Positions 6,775 to 15,749 of a DNA stretch of 32,000 bases are shown here, one piece after another. Source of the stretch: Bifidobacterium longum subsp. longum JCM 1217 (GTDB lineage: Bacteria; Actinomycetota; Actinomycetes; Actinomycetales; Bifidobacteriaceae). The position numbers were made by a program, and so were the translations under genes. Under the pieces are notes generated by a model. The model was not told the DNA's origin. It did not search any database and saw nothing but the letters and a program-made list of their open reading frames with translations. The number at the start of each line of letters is the position of its first letter. Position 1 is the stretch's first letter. The stretch covers positions 1,350,001 through 1,382,000 of the forward strand of contig NC_015067.1 of NCBI RefSeq assembly GCF_000196555.1, read 5' to 3'.

Positions 6775-6798
6775 GTCCAACAATCGGGGCGCAGTTCA
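6775..6798. repeat. IS3 right terminal inverted repeat (GTCCAACAATCGGGGCGCAGTTCA)
   Basis: Its reverse complement matches 1846..1869 at 22/24 positions and it ends in CA. Confidence 0.8.
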
Positions 6799-6822
6799 GG
6801 TATTCCAGTCAGGACCTTTTCG
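6799..6822. terminator. Right half of the hairpin split by the IS3 insertion (loop remnant GGTATTCCAG plus stem TCAGGACCTTTTCG)
   Basis: 6809..6822 is the exact complement of 1829..1842. ATTC at 6802-6805 repeats ATTC at 1842-1845 and may be a target duplication, offset 3 nt from the IRR end. Confidence 0.5.
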
Positions 6823-6829
6823 TGTTCTT

Positions 6830-6853
6830 GGCTCCCCTCTCTGAGAGGGAGCC
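6830..6853 (-). terminator. Hairpin GGCTCCCCTCTCTGAGAGGGAGCC downstream of the rel stop
   Basis: A GC-rich imperfect stem (GGCTCCC/GGGAGCC plus inner pairs) lies 17 nt beyond the rel stop on the minus strand, with no clear U-tract. A near-identical hairpin occurs after rpoD at 26032..26054. Confidence 0.5.
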
Positions 6854-6869
6854 AGAGTAAGGTAACGGC

Positions 6870-9194
6870 CTACTTCATCTTGCGCAGTCGAGGTTCGGCG
6901 GATTCCTTGGCACCAGTGATGCGGTACACGTCGAACACGCCATCAATCTTGCGCACGGCTGCCAGCAACGAGTTGAGATGCTGCGGATCGGCCATTTCGA
7001 AGCTGAACTGGCTGGTGGCCACGCGATCGGAACCGGTGGCGATCGTACCGGAAATGATGTTCACGCCATGGTCGGAAAGCACACGTGTCACGTCCGAAAG
7101 CAGGTTTCGTCGATCCAGCGCCTCGACCTGAATCTTGACCATGAACAGGCCCTTGGTGCTGGTCCATTCGACTTCGACCACACGCTCAGGCTGCTTGTTT
7201 TTCAGATCGATCATGTTCTGGCAGTCGGTGCGGTGCACGGATACGCCCTGATTACGGGTGATGAAGCCGATGATATTGTCACCGGGCACCGGCATGCAGC
7301 AACGGGCCAGCTTGATCCACACATCGCCCACGCCCTTGACGGACACGCCGGTGGAGCTGCTGGAGGCCTTGCGTTCCATGGGCTTCAGCGGCAGGACTTC
7401 CTGCTCGACTTCCTCATCGACCTCGTCGGCACCCGCATCCTTGACCAGATGCGAGATGACGTTCTGCGTGGAGACCTGTCCGTCACCAATGGCGGCGAAC
7501 ACGGCGTCCGCGTTCGGGAAGTTAAGGTCGTCGGCCACACCCACCAGTGCTTCGGGCGTAAGCAATGTGTTGACCGGCAGATTGCGCTTGCGCATCGCGC
7601 GGGTCAGCTCGTCACGGCCCTCCTCGATGGCTTCAGTACGACGCTCCTTGGAGAACCACTGACGAATCTTGTTGCGGGCCTTCGGGCTCTTGACGAAGCT
7701 CAGCCAATCGCGTGACGGGCCGGCTGTATCGGATTTGGACGTCAGAATTTCGACGGTATCGCCATTATCGAGCGTGGTGTCGAGCGGCACCAAACGACCG
7801 TTGACGCGCGCGCCCATCGTACGGTGGCCCACTTCGGTGTGCACGGCGTACGCGAAGTCGACCGGCGTGGCGTGAGCGGGCAGGGATACGATTTTGCCTT
7901 TCGGCGTGAACACGTAGACTTCGGACGAGCCAAGGTCTTCCTTGAGCGAGCCCAAGAATTCGTTGGAATCAGGGGTTTCGCTGGTCCAGTCGGCGAGCTG
8001 CTGAATCCATTTGAGGTTATCGACCTCGGAAAGCTCCTGATTGTTTTCATCACGCTTTCGATCGGACTTGTCCGGCGAGCTCAGGGCGCGGCCGGCCTGG
8101 CCGTTTTCCTTGTATTTCCAGTGCGCGGCGATGCCGAATTCGGCGCGGCGGTGCATGTCCCAAGTGCGAATCTGGATTTCGACCGGCTTGCCACCGGGGC
8201 CCACCACCGTGGTGTGCAGCGACTGGTACATGTTGAGCTTCGGCATGGCGATGTAGTCCTTGAATCGGCCGGGAACCGGGTTCCACCGCGCATGCACGGC
8301 ACCAAGCGCCGCATAGCAGTCCTGAATGGTGTCGACGATGATGCGCACACCGACCAAATCGTAGATGTTCGCGAAATCATGGCCGCGCACGATCATCTTC
8401 TGGTAGATGGAGAAGTAATCCTTCGGGCGTCCGGTGACGTATGCCTTGATGTTCTGCTCGTCGAGATCCTCGTTGATCTCCGCCAGAATCTGCTTCAGGT
8501 ACACATCGCGCTGGCCGGCTCGGCGAGCCACCAGTACCACGATCTCGTTGTAGATCTTCGGGTAGAGCACCTTGAAGCTCAGTTCCTCGAGCTCCGTCTT
8601 GATGGCGTTCATACCGAGTCGGTTGGCCAAAGGTGCGTACACGTCAAGGGTTTCACGCGCCTTCTTCTGGGCGGACGTGGTCTTCACATAGCGCCAGGTG
8701 CGAGCGTTGTGTACGCGGTCGGCGAGCTTGACCACCAAGGTACGCACGTCGCGGCTCATGGCCACCACGAGTTTGCGAATGGTTTCGGCTTGGGCGGAAT
8801 CACCCACTTCAAGCTGACTCAGCTTGGTAACGCCATCGACCAGACCGGCCACGGTGTCGCCGAATTCGGCGCGGCATTGATCCAACGTATAGTCGGTGTC
8901 TTCCACCGTGTCGTGCAACAGGCCGGCTGCCACCACGATCGGGCCCATGCCCAGATCCGCGAGAATCTGGGAAACGGCCAGCGGGTGGATGATGTACGGC
9001 TCGCCAGACTTGCGGCGCTGGGCGGAGTGCTGGATGACAGCACGCCGGTAGGCACGGTCAAGAATGGACAAATCCTCATCGGGGTGATGGGACTTGCACA
9101 CCTTCTTGATTGGATCCAGCGGATTGAGCGGATCGGCACTGATCTCACAACCCAACTTACGGGCGGCGTACTGCTCGCCATCAATCTCTGCCAT
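6870..9194 (-). CDS. rel: Bifunctional (p)ppGpp synthetase/hydrolase (RelA/SpoT homologue)
   Basis: HD hydrolase motif HPLAVSQILADLG...LLHDTVEDT; synthetase motifs RPKDYFSIYQKM, DLVGVRIIV, YQSLHTTV; TGS region (VYVFTPKGKIVSLP) and a C-terminal ACT-like region. GGGAGG lies 8 nt upstream of ATG at 9194 (MAEIDGEQY), so the ORF-track start at 9224 is less likely. Confidence 0.95.
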   Translation of the reverse strand: MAEIDGEQYAARKLGCEISADPLNPLDPIKKVCKSHHPDEDLSILDRAYRRAVIQHSAQRRKSGEPYIIHPLAVSQILADLGMGPIVVAAGLLHDTVEDTDYTLDQCRAEFGDTVAGLVDGVTKLSQLEVGDSAQAETIRKLVVAMSRDVRTLVVKLADRVHNARTWRYVKTTSAQKKARETLDVYAPLANRLGMNAIKTELEELSFKVLYPKIYNEIVVLVARRAGQRDVYLKQILAEINEDLDEQNIKAYVTGRPKDYFSIYQKMIVRGHDFANIYDLVGVRIIVDTIQDCYAALGAVHARWNPVPGRFKDYIAMPKLNMYQSLHTTVVGPGGKPVEIQIRTWDMHRRAEFGIAAHWKYKENGQAGRALSSPDKSDRKRDENNQELSEVDNLKWIQQLADWTSETPDSNEFLGSLKEDLGSSEVYVFTPKGKIVSLPAHATPVDFAYAVHTEVGHRTMGARVNGRLVPLDTTLDNGDTVEILTSKSDTAGPSRDWLSFVKSPKARNKIRQWFSKERRTEAIEEGRDELTRAMRKRNLPVNTLLTPEALVGVADDLNFPNADAVFAAIGDGQVSTQNVISHLVKDAGADEVDEEVEQEVLPLKPMERKASSSSTGVSVKGVGDVWIKLARCCMPVPGDNIIGFITRNQGVSVHRTDCQNMIDLKNKQPERVVEVEWTSTKGLFMVKIQVEALDRRNLLSDVTRVLSDHGVNIISGTIATGSDRVATSQFSFEMADPQHLNSLLAAVRKIDGVFDVYRITGAKESAEPRLRKMK

Positions 9195-9327
9195 GCCAGT
9201 CACCTCCCTCGTCATGAAGTTCATTGTAGCCGCGAACCGGAGCCTTGTGCATTCACCTGTTCGCCATCATTGGTTCCACAACCGTTGTTGCCGTCATCAC
9301 CTTAGTCATTCAACCGGCCTAATCCGG

Positions 9328-9804
9328 TCAGGACGCCACTCCCGTCGAACCGAACCCGCGTTCGGCGCGATCGGATCCGGGCAGTGTCTCGGCCGGGATG
9401 AACCGAGCCTCAACATACCGCTGAATCACCAATTGAGCGATGCGATCGCCCGGATGGAAGACGGCGGTGTGCTTCGGATCGAGGTTGATCAGAGGCACCT
9501 TGATCTCGCCACGGTAGCCGGCATCAACGGTGCCAGGCGCGTTGAGCACGGTGACGCCCTGCTTGGCGGCCAGCCCGGAACGCGGATGCACCAACGCCAC
9601 GTAGCCCGCAGGTAGGGCGATGGCCACGCCGGTGGGAACCAGTGCCCGTTCAAAAGGCTTCAGCGTCACATCGACGGTGGTGATGAGGTCGGCACCGGCA
9701 TCGCCCGCGTGGGCATAGTGCAGCTGGGCCGGATGTTCGGGGTCGAGGCTCTTGACCAGGACCTCGGTGGATTCGGGCTCGTTGTAGGTCTCGTCGAACG
9801 CCAT
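9328..9804 (-). CDS. dut: dUTP diphosphatase (dUTPase)
   Basis: Trimeric dUTPase motifs: AGDAGADL, HPRSGLA, GTVDAGYRGEI, GDRIAQLV, RGFGSTG. The ATG at 9804-9802 overlaps the TGA of the upstream gene by 1 nt (TGATG). Confidence 0.9.
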   Translation of the reverse strand: MAFDETYNEPESTEVLVKSLDPEHPAQLHYAHAGDAGADLITTVDVTLKPFERALVPTGVAIALPAGYVALVHPRSGLAAKQGVTVLNAPGTVDAGYRGEIKVPLINLDPKHTAVFHPGDRIAQLVIQRYVEARFIPAETLPGSDRAERGFGSTGVAS

Positions 9805-10100
9805 CAGGCGGCGCACTCCTCACACACCGGCTGGCCATCCTCGTCCGTGTAGGCGAGCTGGCTGCGATGCTTGACCAGGAAGCACTGCGAGCAGATGAAC
9901 TCGTCACCCTGCATGGGGATGACGGTCACCGAGGAATCCTCGTTGCTCAAATCGGCGCCCGGCAGTTCGTAGTCTTCGGCGATGGCGTTCTCATCGTCGT
10001 CGATGTCGCTCGAGGCGTTCTGCGAGGACTTCCCCAGCGCCTGCAGCGATTCCTCGTCCTCATCCTTGTTGCGGGGGGAATCATAATCCTGAGCCATCAT
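9804..10100 (-). CDS. Small acidic protein with a C-terminal CxxC...CxxC zinc ribbon (DUF4193-like, conserved next to dut in Actinobacteria)
   Basis: MMAQDYDSPRNKDEDEE...ELPGADLSNEDSSVTVIPMQGDEFICSQCFLVKHRSQLAYTDEDGQPVCEECAA. The family assignment is from memory of the actinobacterial dut neighbourhood. I chose the start at the MM codons (10100) rather than the ORF-track 10175. Confidence 0.7.
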   Translation of the reverse strand: MMAQDYDSPRNKDEDEESLQALGKSSQNASSDIDDDENAIAEDYELPGADLSNEDSSVTVIPMQGDEFICSQCFLVKHRSQLAYTDEDGQPVCEECAA

Positions 10101-10255
10101 GGTCCTTTCGTCGTCTTTGGTTCGTAAGTCGATATATATAGCACGGTCAGCGCCGTACTCGCCCATAGGATACACGATTTGAAATACTCGTAAAGTTCGA
10201 CACGTGGGGCATACTTAAAAGAAGTAATGTCTTTGCGACGGAAAGTGGTGCGAAT

Positions 10256-11347
10256 ATGCCAGATGATCGGCTTGAAAAAGCCCGTTTCGTGCGCGTGAGC
10301 AAGACGGGGGACCTCGTATTCTCCCTTGGCGGCAGGGAAATGGCTGTGAGCGTGGACGACACGCTCGAACGGGCGATTCTTGAGGCCAAGCAGGTCAGAA
10401 GCGAGATGCGACAGGCTCCCCAGCCGCATCAGCAGTCCACTTTGCCGATTTCCCAGATACAGTCGCTGATTCGCGCCGGTGCCGATCCGGCCCGTGTCGC
10501 GGAGAAATATCATCTGAGCGAAATGCTGGTACGTCGTTTCTCCATGGCTGTGGAGACCGAGAAACAGTATGCCATCGAACAGTTCCTTGCCGTGGCGGCA
10601 CCCAAAGACAGCAGGGTGCGCACCATCAGCGAACTGGTGGAACGCACGCTGGCCTCTGCGGGAATCGGCATGGAATCAGTGACCTGGAAATCCACCCGAC
10701 GTGGACTTGAGCCTTGGCGCATCGTGGCGATATTCACTTCCGCGGGCCGTGAGATCCATGCCGAATGGACGTGGAATATGCACGACAATTCCGTGATGAG
10801 CCTGAACAATGCCGCTCGAAAACTGCTCGGCGAACAGAATCCGGAATCAGCCACGGATTCCAAACTCAAGCCGACGATTCCCGAACTGCCCGGCGACTCC
10901 GTACGCTCCGCGCGTATCGAGCGCGCCGTGTCTGCTTGGGCGGCTCCTACGCCTTCGATTCCGGCCGCACGGCCTGCCGCAATCCGGCCCTCTGTCACTT
11001 CCACAGGTTCCATGCCCCCAGTGGATCTATCCACGTCCATCTCACCGGCCACGACCCAGGCTCATGGCACTACGGCCCCCAGTCCGGTCTCTTCGCAGAC
11101 CGCCGGATCTGTTTCGCCATCTGCCGCAGGATTACAGCAATCGCCTGCCACGGCACCAGAGCAGGGCTCTGACAATGTTTCGGACAAGACCATACGGAGT
11201 GGCCCCAATGCACAGCTAGTAGCCACCGAGCAGGAGCGGGCGGCCGAATCCGCCGCCACCGAACATGAGGCACCAGCCAAACCGGCCAAGCGTAAATCAG
11301 GACGTTCGGCCGTACCAAGCTGGGACGAGATTCTGTTCGGAGACTGA
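10256..11347 (+). CDS. sepH: SepH-like cell-division protein (DUF3071 N-terminal domain, disordered Pro/Ser/Ala-rich middle, conserved basic C-terminus)
   Basis: The N-terminus (ARFVRVSKTGDLVFSLGGREMAVSVDDTLERAI ... IQSLIRAGADPARVAEKYHLSEMLVRRF) resembles DUF3071/SepH as I recall it. The C-terminal RSAVPSWDEILFG motif and the position divergent from the DUF4193-dut pair fit conserved actinobacterial synteny. Confidence 0.65.
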   Translation: MPDDRLEKARFVRVSKTGDLVFSLGGREMAVSVDDTLERAILEAKQVRSEMRQAPQPHQQSTLPISQIQSLIRAGADPARVAEKYHLSEMLVRRFSMAVETEKQYAIEQFLAVAAPKDSRVRTISELVERTLASAGIGMESVTWKSTRRGLEPWRIVAIFTSAGREIHAEWTWNMHDNSVMSLNNAARKLLGEQNPESATDSKLKPTIPELPGDSVRSARIERAVSAWAAPTPSIPAARPAAIRPSVTSTGSMPPVDLSTSISPATTQAHGTTAPSPVSSQTAGSVSPSAAGLQQSPATAPEQGSDNVSDKTIRSGPNAQLVATEQERAAESAATEHEAPAKPAKRKSGRSAVPSWDEILFGD

Positions 11348-11356
11348 ATTTCCGAA

Positions 11357-12625
11357 TCAGGCCATATCGATCAGGCAGGGAATATCCATTTCCAATGCTG
11401 TTTGGGAGCCATGCACGCTCGGCAGGTGGGTGGCCTTGTCTCCTTGCGTACGCGAATCGACGAGGGTCACGGCTCCCGCTGCCTGCACGACCACATCGCC
11501 GAGCATTGGCCGGACTCGCTCGCAGACCGGTCCAAACAATCCGTCCGCGATGGCCTCATCCTTGGTCCGCACCAAGGCTCGGTCTTGCAGACAATCGCGC
11601 CACCGGCAAGCTATATCCTCAGGTCGTTCATCCGGCTCGGCATACAGCATCAGCGAGCGCGGCTCCCCCCCGACCAGTGACACGCCTCGGGTGAGCTGCG
11701 GTTCAACGGCGATGTCAATCCGCTGGTCCATGTCGGTTTGCACCATGCCGTGGTCGGCTACGATGACGATCAGCGTGCCTTTGGGTGCGCTGCGTTTCAG
11801 GAGCGCGAGCTGGGCGTCGATATGTTCGAATGCGGCCACCCAGTGTTCGGAATCCCACCCGTAATTGTGGCCGACTTTGTCGGCGTCACGGATGTACAGG
11901 TAGGTCAGGCCGGGGGTGCGGGAGGCGCGTGCGGCGGCCAGCACACGATCGCGTGGGGTGACGTTGCCTTGATAGTCGGTGCCTCGCAATGCGGCTTCGG
12001 TCAATGGCGATTTGGAGAACTTGGGCAACCCCGAGCTCGTGACGCGCACCTCTTGAGCCGCAAGTTTCTCGAACACCGTCTCCTCGCGCTGCAGGTCGAG
12101 CGGATCGACCATGGGCGGCACAGGAATGTGCGGATTGGCTGGTTTGGGTGCCAGCGCGTCTTTGAACTGGATGAGTTGGATGAGCTTATGGCTGGCGGGT
12201 TCGAGCTGCGTATAGCCCGCCATTGCGGTCAGTCCCGGGCAGGTTCCGGTACCGAATGCGGCCATGGCCGCCACAGTGGTGCTTGGAGCGCAGGTAGCGA
12301 TGGGACGCTGATTGGCGCTTTCGTTCATCAGCGAACGCAGATAGGGCGCGTGGCCGAGGCGCATGGCGAGGTTCCAGTAGCCCAGGCCGTCCACGAGCAC
12401 CACGATGGCCGATTCGGCATCGGGCAGCCCCAACGCGCGCTGGCATGCCTTGGGATCGGCGTGGACCTTGGTGGGGGCCGGATGTCCGATGGCGGCGGAC
12501 AAGGCGGGCAGCACGGCGGACAGGTGCAGTGCTCCCCCACGCCGATCGGCCGGGGCGTCATCCCCATAGCCCACTGTGGGCACCAGCCGCAGCAACTCGT
12601 CCATATCCGGCGTCTCAACACTCAT
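11357..12625 (-). CDS. Alkaline phosphatase superfamily protein (nucleotide pyrophosphatase/phosphodiesterase-like)
   Basis: Metal-ligand style motifs: [42 protein letters not shown]. The start is uncertain. ATG at 12625 ([11 protein letters not shown]) avoids the intergenic inverted repeat, while GTG at 12646 and ATG at 12703 are in-frame alternatives. Confidence 0.75.
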   Translation of the reverse strand: MSVETPDMDELLRLVPTVGYGDDAPADRRGGALHLSAVLPALSAAIGHPAPTKVHADPKACQRALGLPDAESAIVVLVDGLGYWNLAMRLGHAPYLRSLMNESANQRPIATCAPSTTVAAMAAFGTGTCPGLTAMAGYTQLEPASHKLIQLIQFKDALAPKPANPHIPVPPMVDPLDLQREETVFEKLAAQEVRVTSSGLPKFSKSPLTEAALRGTDYQGNVTPRDRVLAAARASRTPGLTYLYIRDADKVGHNYGWDSEHWVAAFEHIDAQLALLKRSAPKGTLIVIVADHGMVQTDMDQRIDIAVEPQLTRGVSLVGGEPRSLMLYAEPDERPEDIACRWRDCLQDRALVRTKDEAIADGLFGPVCERVRPMLGDVVVQAAGAVTLVDSRTQGDKATHLPSVHGSQTALEMDIPCLIDMA

Positions 12626-12660
12626 AGTTGCCCATTCAAGTAGCACCCCTCCCCTTGGCT

Positions 12661-12830
12661 CAGTGCGCAGAGAACGGTTCTCAATAACAACTGTGCGCTC
12701 CAACGCACATAATCAAACAAACGCACATCGACTGAAACACTGGAATCACGCCGTTTTATCGGCAAACATGTGCGATTGGCGCACCGAAACCAGCGCACAG
12801 TTGTTATCGAGAACCGTTCTCTGCGCACTG
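12661..12830. repeat. 170-bp element: 39-bp inverted repeat arms (12661..12699 and 12792..12830, 38/39) flanking a 92-bp spacer
   Basis: CAGTGCGCAGAGAACGGTTCTCAATAACAACTGTGCGCT compared with the reverse complement of AGCGCACAGTTGTTATCGAGAACCGTTCTCTGCGCACTG shows one mismatch. Each arm holds a 13-bp palindrome, GAGAAC-N-GTTCTC. The spacer has AACGCACAT at 12702-12710 and 12720-12728, and inverted ATGTGCG at 12768-12774. Confidence 0.9.
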
Positions 12831-12875
12831 TTTCGCGCCCTCCCGCTAATATGGGGGCGTTCGAAAGGGAGTTTC

Positions 12876-15605
12876 ATGGCATCACACCGCAAACCGTCCG
12901 CGCAAACCTATGATCCGCGCACGGTCAAGGAGCATATCGTCGAGACGCCGCTGAACGAGGAGATGAGCAAGTCCTTCCTCGAGTATGCGTATTCGGTGAT
13001 TTACGCACGCGCACTGCCCGATGCGCGCGATGGCTTGAAGCCGGTGCAGCGCCGCATCGTCTACCAGATGGGCGAGATGAATCTGACTCCCGACCGCCCG
13101 TATATGAAGTCCGCCCGCGTGGTGGGCGAGGTGATGGGCAAGCTCCACCCGCACGGTGATTCCGCGATCTACGAGGCCATGGTGCGTTTGGCACAGCCGT
13201 TCGCGATGCGTCTGCCGCTGGTAGACGGCCACGGCAACTTCGGCTCGCTGGATGACGGCCCTGCGGCCTCCCGTTACACCGAGGCCAGGCTTGGCCCGGC
13301 CGCTCTCGGCATGAACGCGGATATCGATGAGGACACCGTCGACTTCACGCCGAACTATGACAACAAGCTCAAGGAACCGACCGTGCTGCCGGCCGCCATC
13401 CCGAATCTGCTGGTCAACGGCGGCTCGGGCATCGCCGTGGGCATGGCCACGAACCTGGCCACCCACAATCTGGGCGAGGTGGTAAACGCCGCCAAGTTCC
13501 TCATGGCGCATTCGGACGCCACCCTGGAACAGCTGATGCGTTACGTGCCCGGCCCCGACTGGCCCACCGGCGGCACGATCATCGGCCGCGACGGCATCCG
13601 TGAGGCCTATGCCACTGGCCGTGGTACGCTCACCACGCGCGCCGCCACGCATATCGAGCATGTCACGGCCCGCAAGCAGGCCATCGTGGTCACCGAGCTG
13701 CCGTACATGGTGGGCCCGGAGAAGGTAATCGAACGTATTTCCGACGGTGTGAAGAACCGCAAGCTGGAGGGGATTTCCGGCGCGTTCGATCTGACCGATC
13801 GTCATAACGGCACGCGTATCGTCATCGAGATCAAGACTGGTTTCGACCCGCATGCGGTTCTGGTGCAGTTGTTCAAGCACACACCGTTGCAAGACAACTT
13901 CGCCATGAACAACGTGGCGTTGGTGGAGGGCCGCCCGCACACGATGGGTCTGAAGGAGATGCTTCAGGTGTGGGTGGACCACCGCCGTGTGGTGATTCGC
14001 CGCCGCAGTGAATATCGCAAGAAGAAGGCGCTGGAGCGCCTGCACCTGGTCGAGGGCCTGCTGCTGGCCATGTTGGACATCGACGAGGTGATTCAGGTAA
14101 TCCGCACCTCGGATGATGCGGATGCCGCGAAGAGCCGTTTGATGGTCGTTTTCGATTTGGACGAGGTCCAGGCTCAGTACATCCTCGACCTGCGTCTGCG
14201 CCGACTGACCAAGATGAACCGTATCGAGCTTGAGGCCGAACGCGATGATCTGAAGAAGCGTATCGAGGAGCTGACCCGGATCCTGGCCTCCGCCGAGGCG
14301 CTCGACCAGGTGGTCACCGACGAGATGGACGAAGCGGTCGCCAAGTGGGGCTCGCCGCGCCGTACCGTGCTGCTGGATGCCGACCCGGATGGCACGTTGA
14401 CGCCGGTCGTGGCGCAGGGTGCCGGGGCTTCGGGCGTGTCCAAGTCCGCGCTCGAAGCGGTGAAGGCCGCCACTACGATCTCCTCCGCCGAAGCCGATGT
14501 GGCCGCAGCCGCAGCTGCGGCCAAGAAGACCGGCGAACAGTCCACGCTGACCGGAGCCTTGAAGATCGAGGACGAGCCGTGCGTGGTGATGATGAGCGCT
14601 ACCGGTTTGATTGCCCGTACCACGCCAAGCGCGATGGACGTGTTCAATGCACGATCCACTTCCGATGAGCGTTTGAGAGACGATCAGATCACCACAATCT
14701 TCGAGACTTCCACGCGCGCTACGTATGGGCTGGTCACGTCGGCCGGCCGCCTGGTGCTCGCGCATGTGGTTGATTTGCCTGCCTTGCCCGCTACCGCCAC
14801 ATTGTCGCTGAAGGGAGGAGTTCAGGCCGACGAACTGATCGGCATGACCGAATCCACCGATCCGATTCGCGGTGAGCGTGTGATTACGGCGATTGCCATG
14901 GAGCAGCCGACGTCCGGCAAGACCAGTGCCAAGGACGAGAGCGAGGATGGCGGGGCCGCCGAGGCCAAGCCGTTGCCGTCGCTGGCTATCGGTACCCGTA
15001 ACGGTGTCATCAAGCGTTGGAATCGTGAGGCACCCACCACCATGGATTCTTGGCCCGTCATTGATCTGAAAGATGGCGACGAAGTGGTATTCGCCGCCGT
15101 GGCCGAGGATGACGACCGTCTGGTGTTCATCTCCTCCGATTCCTCGCTACTGACCTTTGAGGCGAAGAACGTGCGCCCGCAGGGTCGTACTGCGGGCGGT
15201 ATGGCCGGCATCAAGCTGGCCGAGGGCGCCCGTGTGGCGGCCTTCAACGTGGTTCCCGCCGGCAAGGTGGCATGGACCTATGAAGAGGGCGAGAACGGCT
15301 TGACTTCCGGATCCGGTGCAGTGGTGCTCACCGTGGCCGGCGATTCCGATGCACTGCCCGGCACCGAAAACGGCGCGGCGAAGGTCACTCCGCTGGAAAT
15401 GTACCCCACCAAGGGTCGCGCTACCGGCGGCGTGCGTTCCCAGCGATTCCTGAAGGGCCAGAACACGCTGATTCTTGCCTGGGTGGGCCTCTACCCGTTG
15501 CACGCCTCTACATCCGCAGGCTCTCCGGTCGAGCTTCCCAAGCCCGATATGCGCCGAGACGGTTCCGGAGTAGACCTCGCCTCCCCCATCGCCTTCATTG
15601 CGTAA
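12876..15605 (+). CDS. parC: Type IIA topoisomerase subunit A, ParC-like (topoisomerase IV subunit A)
   Basis: AAAGGGAG lies 5 nt before ATG at 12876. Motifs: [32 protein letters not shown], active-site [10 protein letters not shown], and a beta-pinwheel-like C-terminus. I did not find a QRRGGKG-type GyrA box. It is separated from a ParE-like gene in the same window rather than lying in a gyrB-gyrA pair. Confidence 0.85.
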   Translation: MASHRKPSAQTYDPRTVKEHIVETPLNEEMSKSFLEYAYSVIYARALPDARDGLKPVQRRIVYQMGEMNLTPDRPYMKSARVVGEVMGKLHPHGDSAIYEAMVRLAQPFAMRLPLVDGHGNFGSLDDGPAASRYTEARLGPAALGMNADIDEDTVDFTPNYDNKLKEPTVLPAAIPNLLVNGGSGIAVGMATNLATHNLGEVVNAAKFLMAHSDATLEQLMRYVPGPDWPTGGTIIGRDGIREAYATGRGTLTTRAATHIEHVTARKQAIVVTELPYMVGPEKVIERISDGVKNRKLEGISGAFDLTDRHNGTRIVIEIKTGFDPHAVLVQLFKHTPLQDNFAMNNVALVEGRPHTMGLKEMLQVWVDHRRVVIRRRSEYRKKKALERLHLVEGLLLAMLDIDEVIQVIRTSDDADAAKSRLMVVFDLDEVQAQYILDLRLRRLTKMNRIELEAERDDLKKRIEELTRILASAEALDQVVTDEMDEAVAKWGSPRRTVLLDADPDGTLTPVVAQGAGASGVSKSALEAVKAATTISSAEADVAAAAAAAKKTGEQSTLTGALKIEDEPCVVMMSATGLIARTTPSAMDVFNARSTSDERLRDDQITTIFETSTRATYGLVTSAGRLVLAHVVDLPALPATATLSLKGGVQADELIGMTESTDPIRGERVITAIAMEQPTSGKTSAKDESEDGGAAEAKPLPSLAIGTRNGVIKRWNREAPTTMDSWPVIDLKDGDEVVFAAVAEDDDRLVFISSDSSLLTFEAKNVRPQGRTAGGMAGIKLAEGARVAAFNVVPAGKVAWTYEEGENGLTSGSGAVVLTVAGDSDALPGTENGAAKVTPLEMYPTKGRATGGVRSQRFLKGQNTLILAWVGLYPLHASTSAGSPVELPKPDMRRDGSGVDLASPIAFIA

Positions 15606-15644
15606 CCTCAATTAAGCTCCCTCTGATGGGCCGAGCCGTAAAGC

Positions 15645-15665
15645 AAACACCCCAGTGGGGTGTTT
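15645..15665 (+). terminator. Hairpin AAACACCCC-AGT-GGGGTGTTT downstream of parC
   Basis: A perfect 9-bp stem with a 3-nt loop lies 40 nt after the parC stop, followed by GTAGG. The T tail is limited to the distal stem (TGTTTGT). Confidence 0.5.
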
Positions 15666-15749
15666 GTAGGCGAGGAGCGAACGATAGTGAGCCAAACAAT
15701 AGAGAAGAGACCCTAAACCCGGCCTACACTAAGCATTAAGGAGGTGGCG

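Larger units (their letters stand above)
1846..6798 (+). mobile_element. IS3-family insertion sequence, inactivated by a nested 3.47-kb insertion in orfB
   Basis: Terminal inverted repeats run TG...CA (1846..1869 versus the reverse complement of 6775..6798, 22/24 identical). orfA has an HTH and a leucine zipper, and orfB is in the -1 frame with DDE-type integrase-core motifs (HSD/MGWQY, SRKGNCIDNAATE). It is about 1.48 kb once the nested element is removed. Confidence 0.85.

Noticed and set aside
7824-9305. 493-aa plus-strand ORF (also 6978..7715 +)
   Set aside because: It is antisense to the motif-rich rel gene and its translation has no recognisable domains.
12576-12875. 100-aa N-terminal extension of parC and the 68-aa ORF 12622..12828 (-)
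   Set aside because: Both read through the 39-bp inverted repeat and therefore share the peptide [11 protein letters not shown] on opposite strands. A good SD and a canonical ParC N-terminus begin at 12876.
12882-14765. 627-aa minus-strand ORF
   Set aside because: It is antisense to parC, with an Arg/Gly/His-rich translation and no motifs.
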